64,000 nt of DNA from Emiliania huxleyi CCMP1516. Taxonomy: Eukaryota. Positions 11,647 through 22,379 of this stretch are shown piece by piece; position 1 is the stretch's first letter; each line of letters starts with the position of its first letter. Under the pieces are notes generated by a model. The model ran no database searches. It had not been told where the DNA came from and was given only the letters and a program-made list of their open reading frames with translations. A program made the position numbers and the translations under genes. The stretch lies in the NCBI RefSeq assembly GCF_000372725.1, contig NW_005201327.1:77022-141021 (forward strand), read 5' to 3'.

Positions 11647-12750
11647 ATGTCCAAACCGCCGCGCCGCCGCTCGCGCCGCCTCGCCACCGCCGCCGCCGCC
11701 GCGCCCTCGGCAGACACGCCGCCGCCCGCCCGCCTCCTCGACCTCCCCACGGACCTCCTCGTGCGCGCCCTCTCTCGCTGCGACCCCGCCGACATCGCTC
11801 GTGTCACGGCCGTCTCCCTCGTCTTTCACGCCTCGCTTGCGGTGGAGGCCATCCGCTTGTGGGCGCAAGAACGCGGCTACCAGCTGCCGGCGCAGCCAGA
11901 GGGCGAGGGCTGCGCCGTGCGGTGGCTGTGCTATTCGGCGTTGCTGTGCAAGTCCAACCCGCCGGCGAGGGCGACGGCAGGCGACCGGCACAGCGTCTTC
12001 ATCGACGGCGAGGGGCGGCTCTCGTCGTGCGGCTCGGCTCAAGAGCTCCTCGGCCACGGTGAGGGCGTGACGCGGCTCAACACGCCGACCCGCCTCCCTT
12101 CTCCGCTGGGTGGCGAGCGCGCCGTGAGCGTGTCGGCTGGAGCACTCCACAGCCTCGCCATCACCGCCGACGGTGCCGCCTGGAGCTGGGGCTATGGAGG
12201 CGGGGGCCGGCTGGGCCACGGCGACGAGCAGCGCCAGCTGCTGCCGAAGAAGATCGAGGCGTTGGCTGGGCAGCGCGTCCTCGCCGTGTCGGCTGGAGGA
12301 GCGCACAGCCTCGCCCTCACCGCCGACGGAGCCGTCTGGAGCTGGGGCCACGGTGGCTGGGGCCGGCTGGGCCACGGCGACCAGCAGAACGATCTGCTGC
12401 CGAAGAAGATCGAGGCGTTCGCTGGGCGGCGCGTCCTCGCCGTGTCGGCTGGAGGAGCGCACAGCCTCGCCCTCACCGCCGACGGAGCCGTCTGGAGCTG
12501 GGGTTGGGGATGCTTTGGCCGGTTAGGCCACGGCGACGAGCAGAACCAGCTGCTGCCGAACATGGTCGAGGCCTTTGCTGGCCAGCGCGTCGTCGCTACC
12601 TCGGCGGGAGGCTACCACAGCATCGCTGTCACCGCCGACAGCGCCGTCTTTACCTGGGGCGAGGGCGAAGACGCCTGCCTAGGCCACGGAGAGGACGAGT
12701 CGAACCAGCTGCTGCCGAAGAAGATCGAGACGTGGGCGCCGGGGCAGTGA
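11647..12750 (+). CDS. F-box-like plus RCC1-repeat protein
   Basis: LLDLPTDLLVRALSRCDPADIARV (F-box-like) followed by repeats of VSAGGAHSLALTADGAVWSWG.G..GRLGHGD. Confidence 0.85.
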   Translation: MSKPPRRRSRRLATAAAAAPSADTPPPARLLDLPTDLLVRALSRCDPADIARVTAVSLVFHASLAVEAIRLWAQERGYQLPAQPEGEGCAVRWLCYSALLCKSNPPARATAGDRHSVFIDGEGRLSSCGSAQELLGHGEGVTRLNTPTRLPSPLGGERAVSVSAGALHSLAITADGAAWSWGYGGGGRLGHGDEQRQLLPKKIEALAGQRVLAVSAGGAHSLALTADGAVWSWGHGGWGRLGHGDQQNDLLPKKIEAFAGRRVLAVSAGGAHSLALTADGAVWSWGWGCFGRLGHGDEQNQLLPNMVEAFAGQRVVATSAGGYHSIAVTADSAVFTWGEGEDACLGHGEDESNQLLPKKIETWAPGQ

Positions 12751-12801
12751 TGAGAAGGGCGAAAGGCGCCCAAACATGGCTTCGTTTTTCTTGTTCTCGC
12801 G

Positions 12802-12891
12802 ATGTCCACCCCGCGCCGCCGCTCGCGCCGCCTCGCCGCCTCCGCCGCCGCCGCTCCCTCGCCAAGCACGCCGCCGCCCGCCCGCCTCCTC
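12802..12891 (+). pseudogene. Truncated duplicate of the RCC1 gene 5' end
   Basis: MSTPRRRSRRLAASAAAAPSPSTPPPARLL versus MSKPPRRRSRRLATAAAAAPSADTPPPARLL at 11647. Confidence 0.6.
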
Positions 12892-14277
12892 TTGTCCTCT
12901 GTCCTCAACGCCCCTCATGCTGGGACACGGGTGTGTGGACTGTGTGTGTGTCTCGCGCACAAACTAGTACGGCTTAGCCTAAAGTTTTGGTTTAAAGGCT
13001 TTACACCAACATCGGTTCATCGGCACGGTTAGAAAAGAAAGTGTTGGCCACCGGGCGCTCGCGATGACCGATGTGACGGTAAAGTTTGGCACCAGGGCAA
13101 AGGGCGCGTCTGGCCCGCAGCTCGCCGGCGACGTGGGCGGCGTGGCGAGGGCTTGCGGCGAAGCAGGCGCGGGGGAGGAGGGGGATCGAGGCGAGGAGGG
13201 CGGCTTCGGCACGAGCGCGGCGGGCGACGCGGTTGAAGAAGTTGACGACCCACAGGCTGGTGGCAGAGCCAACTTCCGGCTCGGCCGCCGCCCCGGGAGG
13301 CGGAGGCGTGCCATCCGCGGTGACGCGCTCGGGCTGCTCCTAGCGGAGCCCTGCCCGCTTCCGCTCGACTCGCTCACTGCTCGGGTGGTCGCTCCATCGC
13401 TCCGGTCGTCAAGGATGAGCGCATCTGCGGGTGGCTGCGGCCGCTTCTTGGGGTGGTGTAAGAGGGTGCGTTTGCTCCAGTGTGATGGACCGTCCGTCAC
13501 GGTTGGAGATTTTAGGGGTCGTGGAGTGTGCCACACACTGTTGTGTGGTGTTTTTGCCGAAGAGGGGGCGCGTAGACCGTAGTGCCTGGATCTCCGAGCG
13601 CTCGACGCACGCGCGAGACCCCCGGGACGAGCCGCCGGCCCGCCGGGACCTGTCCTCGCCGACGACGCGAAAAGCGCGAGGCCAGGCGTGGAGGTTACAC
13701 CATACACGTCCGCGCGAGAGAGCCCCTCTCCCCTTGTTCCCCATTAGAGCCGACGATCGAAGATCAAGGTCAAGATACAGATACAGATCGCCGATGAAGA
13801 TGCACATCGATTCCGGGACCGGCATTCGAGAGCAACTCAAATCGGCTCTACGTATGCCGCATTAAGCTACAAGTATACGATCGTACGTACGCGAGAGAAG
13901 CCTCGAGGCGAAGGCCGAAGCTTTGGTGTTTGGAGATTGTGGACTTCAATCTTCACATCTTTCTGCAGGCATTCTGTGCTTTCTGAGCACTGAGGTGTGA
14001 GGCGCTCTCACAACCTCTCATCCTCTCTCTCAGTCTCTAAGGAAAAGGAGGCAAGTCGGCCGAAGAGTTTTGTAAGGGAAGAATATAACGAACTCATACG
14101 ACACATGCGAAACTGTACGTTTACCCGACGCCCCTCCCACAGCGTACACATAGGTACAAGACGTTAGAGCTCATCGATCGGGCTATCGCGTATTGACCAT
14201 CGTCGTGGGGGGCGGCTGCTGGCAGACCGCTCGTCCGCCGCGCCCCTCCCGTTCACCGCTGGCAGAGCGCGCTCTGG

Positions 14278-17200
14278 TCAAATCACGCCGTGCTCACGCC
14301 ACACCAGCTTGCAGCCTATCTGCTTGCCCTTGGCCTCCTTTTGCTGCGCGGCCTGCAGCGCCTGCCGCAGCCGCTCGAAGGGCTTGTTCGAGCCGTACGA
14401 GTAGAAGACCTCCTCGCCGGGCTCAATCTGCCGCGTGGCGAGAAGCACCGGCCGCACGACGGCGAGGTCGGCGACGGCCTTCCCGACGGCGGCGGGCTTG
14501 ACGAAGGCGAGCAGCGCGTTCGTGCGCCGCTTGTCGCGAGGGTCGTTGGCCATCGCGCCCGCGCCGAAGCCCCACGCGGCTGCGCCGGCCAGCGGCACGT
14601 GGCACCCGTCCGCTGACGGGTTGGCGGGGTTCGCGCGGATGGCGTCGGCGTACGGCTTGCCGTTGACGAGCGCGCCGCCCGCGTTCGGCAGCCGGACGAT
14701 GTAGGACGCGTCCGCCTGCGGCGACGTGTCATGGGACGTGTCCTGGACGTGTCGCGGCCGCGTCGTGGACGCGTCGTGGACGTGTCCGGGGACGACGGCA
14801 GGGGCGGGCGCCTCGGGCGCCATCTCCTCCTTGTACAGCAGCGAGCCGTGGTACGTCGAGACCACCTCGCCCGGCTGCACGCGCTCGCGCGCAAAGAGGC
14901 CGAGCCCCGCCGCCTCGCCGAGCGTGGATGGCCGCACCTGGAGGGATGGGGAGGGATGGGGAGGGATGGGGAGGGATGGGGAGGGATGGGGAGAGATGGG
15001 GAGAGATGGGGAGAGATGGGGAGAGATGGGGGGAGATGGGGAGAGATGGGGAGAGATGGGGAGAGATGGGGGGAGATGGGGAGAGATGGGGAGAGATGGG
15101 GAGAGACGGGGAGATCGCCGAGCGTGGACGGCCGCACCTCCACCCGCCCGTCCGCCAGCGTCCCGACCTCGCGGTGCCCGAGCGCGGCGAGGGGGCAGCG
15201 CCCCTCCGTCCCATACCCGCCCGCCCCGCCCCCCCCTCCGCCGCCTCCCCCTCCGCCGCCCCTTGCACCGCCGGCCCCTCCGCCGCCAGCCCCTCCGCCG
15301 CCAGCCCCTCCGCCGCCAGCCGCCGCCTCGTCCCTCGGCTGGCGGCCGCGCACCGCCACCGCCACCGCGGAGGCGGCGGCGGCGGCCGTCGCGCGACGGT
15401 GCTGCTGCGGCGGCGCTGCGGCCATGGCCTACACGGGGCGGTCCCCTCTTCATTTCGCCGTCTCTAGCCGGCGCACGAGAGTAGCCACGTCGGCGCGCAC
15501 TAGCTCACCTCCGTGTCCCAGTCCGCTCTCCTATGTTCCTACCGCAGATCTCTGGCACGTCTTGGAGCAGCTAGCCACCGCCACCGCGGCGTCGGCGTCG
15601 TCGGCCGCGTCCTCGCACGCGATGCAGCGGTCCTTCGCGCCGCCGTCGCGGTACTGCGCCTTGCACCCGTAGTGGAACCAGCGGCCGCAGTCGGCACACT
15701 CTGTCGCGAGGGCCTTGCGCGCCCTCGGGTCGGCGCAGACGCAGGACCACTCGCGGCGCTCCAGCTCTGCAGCACAGCGAGCGCCGTGCCGCTCGGCGGT
15801 GCGGTGCTCCTCCGCCTCGAAGCAGCGCGTGCACGACTGGCACTGCCAGACGAAGCGGCCGGCCGACGGGTCGTACCCCGCGCGCTGCAGCTCCTGCTGC
15901 TGGCACGACGAGCAAAGGAACGTCTTGTCGGCGGCGAAGCGCGCGAGCTCCGCGGGTGTGTAGTCGAGCCGCTCGCACTTGGAGTGGAAGGTGAGGGCGC
16001 ACGAGCGGCACTGCAGCTCGGCACCGCCGCGTAGCACGCCTCCCGCGCAGACGCACCCCCACTGGATGGCCGTGCCGCCGCGCCTGCTGGGGAGGCGAGG
16101 GGGGGGATGGGGGGGGGGGGGGGAAGAAGAAGGGGAAGGGGGGGGGGGGACCAGGAAGAAAAAAGCCAAGGCCGGAAAAGGGGGGGGGGGGGACAGGGAG
16201 GAGAGAGGCGGGATCGGGCTGGGGAGGAGGCGGCGGCGGTGCGGGGAAGGGAGCGGGGGAAGGGAGGCGGCAGGGGAGGAGGAGGGAGAGGAGGAGGAGG
16301 AGGCGCGCTGGCGAGGTTGCAGAGGCGGACAGGGGAGGAGGAGGAGGGGCGGGGAGGAGGAGGCGGCGGCAGGTTTGAAGGGGGGGGCGCGCCGCTTCTC
16401 TGCAATCTGGTCCGCGACGGAGGCGAGGGACTCGTTGGCGCACTTGTCGGCTCGGCCCTTGTGGAGGTAGTCTTGCAGCGCCGCCAGCTGCCGGCTCTGC
16501 CGGTTGCTCCTCGCCGCCGCCGCGGCCGCCTCCTGCGGGCGGCGAGGGCGAGGGCGGCGGAGAGAGCGGTGAGGGCGAGAGTGGCGAAGGGGTGAGGTGA
16601 GGGCCGAATGGGCGGTGAGGCCGTGGGGGCGATGAGGGCGACGGTGCGGGAGGAGGTGGTGGCGGCGAGGATGGCCGCGGCGGCGGCGGCGGCGGCGGCG
16701 GCGGGGGAGGGTCAGAGCGCCTTCGGGCTGGCGCAGCACACGCGAAGTGTGAGCGACACGCCGCCGCCGCCGCTGACGGAGAGAGCTGCCCGCACCGAGG
16801 TGGCGGCGGAGGCGGAGGCTGCGCGCGGCGGCGGTTTGCCCACCTCGGTGCACTCCTCCCACACCACCCCTCCACCCGAGCGGGTGCCTCCGCGCCCTCC
16901 CGAGCGCCGCTTCCGGGGCGGCTCGCCGCCGTCGCCAGGCTCCCGCTCCCGTCCCGCTCCGGATGCTACGGCCGGTGGCGGCGGCGGCCGCGGCGCCGGC
17001 GGTGACGGAGGAATGCCCTGGTCCTTGCGCCACGCGTCGGCGATGGAGACGGCGCGCTCCCCATTCGGGCCGTGGAAAACGTTGTACGAGCGCGCCACCG
17101 CCTTGCGCCGCTGGACCGTCCATCCCGGCGGGAGGGCCTTCGGGAGGGCCTTGGGAGCGCGGGGGTGCTTGGCCTCGGGCGGCGGCTGCCCGTCCTCAAG

Positions 17201-17350
17201 GGGACGCTTATCGACGAGCGGCTGGTCGCCCAACAAGTCGAGTGCAGCGAGTCGCTCGTCAGCGGGCGGCGCAGTGTAGTGTGCGCGCTGCTGTTGCACG
17301 GCGGCTGCGAGGGCGGCGAGCCCGTCGAGTCCGCCGGTTGAGAGCAGCAT
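14278..17350 (-). CDS. Chromatin protein: MBD-like domain, two PHD-like fingers and a SET domain (multi-exon)
   Basis: MBD-like LPPGWTVQRR...YNVFHGPNGERAVS. PHD-like CVC..CRSC..FHSKC..CSSC and CVC..CADC..WFHYGC..CIAC. SET GLGLFA..GAMAND..ATRQIEPGEEVFYSY. Intron 14938-15137. Joining these into one gene is inferred. Confidence 0.7.
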
Positions 17351-17425
17351 CCTGTCTCCCGATGAAGACGGGCGGTTATTAGGGGACAATATTTTTTTAT
17401 GGGAACCACGAATGGCAAGAGACTC

Positions 17426-17514
17426 GCTCGTGCGTGCCGTCATCATCTGTCCAGCGTCCACCCATACCGCGTTGGTGTCCAGTCCGAGCCTGGCTGTTCT
17501 TCACCTTTCTACCT
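17426..17514. repeat. Short dispersed repeat, inverted copy at ~36822-36910
   Basis: GTCATCATCTGTCCAGCGTCCACCCATACCGCG...CCAGTCCGAGCCTG is present reverse-complemented near 36840-36900. Confidence 0.8.
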
Positions 17515-18970
17515 ACCTACCTAAGAGACTAAAGGGACGATGCTCAACCCGAAGGCTTCTTCTCGCTCGACACCGTCTCGCTGGATGTGGACATCCCACG
17601 CACCTGGAGCAGCACCAGCAGAGAGATTTCGATTGCTCAATTTCTTGGTGGCAGCCTGCTCTGACGCCGTGCACACCACCGGGGCAGCGTGGACTAGTCC
17701 GTGGCGCATCTACTTTCCCCTCCCATACGTGATTGTGCTCCTCCTTCGGGCTGCTCCTTCTCCTCATATCTCTTTCCCACCTAGGCGGTGCGGTGGGCGT
17801 GCGCGCGGTGCGGTGCGGTGTGTGTGTGTGTGACTCTAATGTTTGGTCGTTTCCTTTGAGCTGGTTGATCCTCACTTTGAGACCTCTCGCTCAATCCTCC
17901 ATAGAGTACACGGGAGCCAACCGCGATCACCCGCGGGACACCTTCGCTCGCGGCGCCCACGGCCACGGGCCACGGGGGGGGTTGTGTGCCTCTCCGGTTC
18001 CGATCGCGCCTGCACCGAGCCAGGCTGGCAGCCTGCAGCGCAGCGTCGCCACCTGCCCTAGCCAGAAGACTGCGGGCTGCCATGAGGCACCAGCATGCAA
18101 ATGTAATCAGAAGCCGGCGAGCGCGCGTTCGAGCGACATCAGCCCCACTTCAGGCATACATCTCCAGACAACTGCAAGCAGCCGTCCACGCACACGGGTA
18201 CGTGCAGCCAAGGAATCCAGTGTGTTCAGAGAGAGATAAAAAAGAATTTCAAGAGCGAAGAAAAATATGTATGTAAAAGAGGGAAGGTGAATATTGGATG
18301 GAGGGTGGACGCGTCCAAGTGGTGGGGGGGCTAGGGCGCTGATCTTCAGATCGACTTCTTAGCTAAGAGCCAAGGCTCCCGTCTGACGCCCGACACTGCA
18401 CAGTCGCTCGGATGTACGGCCGGGCAGATCGCGACAACACACCCCGCACACATGCAGCAAAAGGAACCTCCGAAGCTGTGAACAGCGCCTCAGCAATCGC
18501 GGTTGCGAGATCGATCGTCTCTCACTTCTCTCTCTCTCTCTCCCCCTCTCTCACCCTGGCAGGATTCGCACAAAAAGCCGCGGGTAGGGGGTAGACAGCG
18601 TCCTAATCTAAAATCCGAGGATTAAGGATTCAGGCATCGCTTCAGTGAGGCCAAAGTGAGTTTATGGATGTGTGAGAACGGTACGGGACACGAGGAAGCA
18701 CGCGGACCGACTCGTCGGTGACTCTGCTGCACGCCGTTTCAGATTTTTTCTCAGCGTGAGCGAGACGTGAAGAGTGCCACCGTCGGGTAGGACGGGCCGG
18801 CCCGGAGCATCAGAGTAGCCGTCGTGGTCGTGGTGAGCAGCGCCGGCCACTCCGGCGCCGCGTCGGCAACATGGGAGCATGTCCACCGCCACTTCGCGGT
18901 CGCAGCGCTGTTGTCGCCCAAAACGCCGCGATGTACCTTTCGGGCAAACCATCGAGCTGCATGTCGATTT

Positions 18971-19021
18971 CGACTTGACGGCGGCATGGAGGCATCATGC
19001 CTCCATGCCGCCGTCAAGTCG
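18971..19021. repeat. Perfect 25-bp-arm palindrome inside a dispersed repeat (partial copy 47268-47390 plus 47996-48028)
   Basis: CGACTTGACGGCGGCATGGAGGCAT-C-ATGCCTCCATGCCGCCGTCAAGTCG. Confidence 0.9.
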
Positions 19022-19798
19022 GAGCCAGTCTGCGGCGACCACAGCGCTCAGAAAGGTACATTGCGAGCTATTCAGAGTCAAGCGATTGCGCGAAATCCCA
19101 CACTGGTGGATTTTGGGGCGCTGTCCACCCCCTACCGCGGGCGTGTCCCGGGCTTTGGAAAAAAGAAAAAGTCCCCCCACAGAGACGTGCGTCTGTGTGC
19201 GACTCACAGACACCCTGGGTACCACATAAACAACGGCGACGCATCTTCGACTGACGTTTGCTGCGCGAGCGCGCTGCTGCGGATCCGACCCCTAGTCCGA
19301 CCCGCCTTGACAGTACATAACCTCCCAGCTCCCATCTCCCAAGCTTCTCGACATCCGTTCTCCCCGCGTCAAGCAAGAGTCACGACAAGGAGTTTCGACC
19401 TCTCGTGCGCAGGAGGCGCCTGGCCGCACCTCTCCCCGCACCGCTGAGGCACCCTCGCCCCTCCCAACCCTCTGTTGGCACCGCTGGGCCGCGCACGCTC
19501 GGCCGGCTCGGTCCACTGGCGAAAGGTGCATGATCATGTGGGCCGGCCTGGCAAACGAGAGGAGGGAGGAGAGAGTAAGGGACGTGCGAGGCAATGGGGG
19601 GGGGGGGGGGGGAGGACTTTCCGCCGCGGCGCTTCGAGCCTCCCGCCACCGCCTGCACCTCGGATAAATTTGGAGTCATCTCGGCTACATCTCGGCGGCA
19701 TCCCGGCGAATGTCGGCTATATCTCGGCTGTATCTCGACTGCATCTCGGCTACCTCATCATCTCGGCTACCTCGGTTGCACATCGGCGTATCTCGGCT

Positions 19799-20455
19799 TT
19801 ATCTCGGCTCATCTCGGGCGATCTCGGCTTTTCGCGCCGATTGGCGCGACACGGCAGGGGCATCGCGGCGGCTCCTCTTGCTCGGCCGCGACTCCTTCTC
19901 CTTGGCGAACGACGTCGGGTCGCGCAGGTACGCGGCGACGCGCTGGTCCATCGCCGTCAACGCCAAACCCGCATCGTACGGGTACTTTCCGCGCAGCCAC
20001 TTTGAGATGACCGGGGCACCGACTCCGACGCGCTGTGCGAGCTTGTCCTGCGAGAACCTCTCCGTCTCCATGAGCGCCTCGACGTCGGCGACCAGCTCGG
20101 CGTGCGTGCGCGTCGGAACCGGCAACGACAGGACGAAATCGGACGGCTTGTACCTTGTTGCGGGGAGGTCGGCCAACTCGTCGCTCTCGAGGTAGACCTG
20201 GTGCGCTTCGCTACCCTGTCTGGCCGCCGACATCACATGCCGCTTCCGCTTCCCGCGGGCCCCTCTGCCGCGGAAGGTGAGGGGGCAACCCGTCGCGCCG
20301 CAGCAAAGGAGCTCGTCGCGCTCCTGCGCGTTCTTCTCCCTGTCTCTCTTGTTTCGAGCAGCTCGAGCACTCGCCTCCTCGCCGTCCGCGTCCCGTAAGT
20401 CCGCCGCGGCCGCCGCCGCCGCCGCCGTCCGGGGCGCCGCGATCGCCCTCCGCAC
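19799..20455 (-). CDS. Hypothetical protein with an XRE-type helix-turn-helix
   Basis: FSQDKLAQRVGVGAPVISKWLRGKY. Gene boundaries uncertain; may join exons at 20693-21103. Confidence 0.45.
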   Translation of the reverse strand: MRRAIAAPRTAAAAAAAADLRDADGEEASARAARNKRDREKNAQERDELLCCGATGCPLTFRGRGARGKRKRHVMSAARQGSEAHQVYLESDELADLPATRYKPSDFVLSLPVPTRTHAELVADVEALMETERFSQDKLAQRVGVGAPVISKWLRGKYPYDAGLALTAMDQRVAAYLRDPTSFAKEKESRPSKRSRRDAPAVSRQSARKAEIARDEPR

Positions 20456-20692
20456 CTCCGAATCACGTTCGTTCCAAACCTACCAAAATACGTCGCGTTG
20501 GCGCAGAGCTAGGACTGCGTCTCGCGTGCGACCGCCACCGTGGAATCGTACCTTGGCTTGCCCAGTAGATTTGGCCGCAAGCTTGTCCTCGGCCGACGCG
20601 ACCGAGATGGACTCGAACAGGACGTCCCTACAGAGAACAAGACCCACATGTGCGCAGCCGCCGCGAAGCGCCCCTCACCGCGAACCTGCAGT

Positions 20693-21930
20693 TCACTTGA
20701 AGAAGCCGCTGCCGCCGCCGAGGAGCGCCGGGAGGCCACCGACCCGCGACTCGAGCAGCTCGGCGAACGCCACCCGATCCTCCTGTTTCATCTCGGAGGG
20801 CAGCGCCTCGACGCGCGCCTTGATGCCGGAGAGGCGCTCGGCCTTGTCGGCGGCGGCCTTCTGCCGAGCGGAGAGGCGCAGCGCGCCCAGTTGCGCAAAC
20901 GCCGAGTCGAGCCCGGCCGCGCCGAGCATGGTGAAGTTGTTTGAAGACGGTGTCAGCGACGTCTCCGGGTGGATGAAGTGCGAGGCGAGCATGCCCGCCT
21001 GTGCTCCGCTGCCCGGAACCATGATCTTGGTGAGCAGCAAGCCCGCCGCGTCGCACGCGTCCTGCAGAAGGTCCTGCCCCATGGCCGCCGTCTTTGACAT
21101 CGTCGCCAGCTTCACCTCGGTGAACTTCAGGCTGGCATAGTACTATTGAGTGATAGTTAATCGTGAAGGGAGTAGCTACCATGAACGAGTAACTATTAAT
21201 ATGTTGAGCGGCGTGTGCGCGCCTCGCAGACAGCTGCTAGGAAGCCGGACACGACGGCCTTCACGGTCAGGCTCTCGCACGCCTCCTTGCACTTCTTGTC
21301 CGTGTCGAATCGAGGGGCCTCTTCCGACGCGCGGACCGCAGCGAGCACCGGGTAGACGTCCACCGTTTCGTGGAACGTCTCGCCGTAGAGCGGAACCTGC
21401 TTGCCGAGCTGGTCGTAGCCGTCCTCGCCGGCCAGGGCGTGCTCGTACGCCGCGGCCTGCTGCAGCGTGCGCAACGACTTTGCCACGACGAGCCCCTTCT
21501 TGTCGTGCTTCAGCAGCGAGTTGGCGTAGTGGCCCGGCGCGTACGTGCCGAGCAAAAAAGCCAGCACGCCTCCGGTGACCTCGGGGTCCGGCTCGCCGTT
21601 CGGCGCGTATGTGCTCACCGGGTGCGCGAGGGGCGGCTGCGGCAAGTCGCCCAACTCGCTGAAGCAGATGATGAGCAAACGGGCGTACCAAGCGGCGACC
21701 TTTGCGCTCCGAGCAGCCTCAACGGCGCTGAGCGCGATCGCCTCGCGCTCCAGCTCGGAGCAAGCGTCGAGTCTCGCGCGAAGCGCCGTCGTCTTGGCAG
21801 CTGAGAGCTCCTCGAGCGCCGTCGCGACGACCCGCTGCTCGTACTCGGTCTTCGCATCGAGGAGAGCGACGATCGCAGCCCGATCGGCGCCCAGATCGTC
21901 ACCCTCGCTGGGCTCGCCAGCGGCCGCCTA
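20693..21930 (-). CDS. Hypothetical coding segments (20693-21103 and ~21196-21930)
   Basis: Protein-like open frames with no recognisable domain. Confidence 0.35.
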
Positions 21931-22379
21931 TATAAGACATGTCGTGGACCTGTCACGGATGTGTCACCATAATAGTGGAACGTCTGGTCCTGCTGGCGCG
22001 CGGCCGCCTCCTCGGCGGCGGGCCACGGGACGTCAGCGGCCTTGTGGCCCCTTCGAGCTCGTGGCGCGGCGGGTTGCGTGGCGGGTGGCGTGGCGGGTAG
22101 CGTAGCGGGTGGCGAGGGCTTGGCGGGCGGCTTGGAGTGCGGCGTGTCGGGTGTGGCCGCCTTCCCGGCCAGGCCTCCGCCGGGGAATGTCACCCCAGAC
22201 GGTCGGGCGGCAGGCTGGCGCCCCGACTTGCGGCGCTGCGCCGGCGCTGCCGCGCCTCCCGCGCCCTCGCCGGCCTTGGGGGAGCTCGAGGGGCACATCG
22301 AGCTCTCGCCGTTGCCACGGGCCTGTTGCAGAGGGCACCTAATCTCATGTAATATCGGGTATAATCTCCGTGACCTTTC

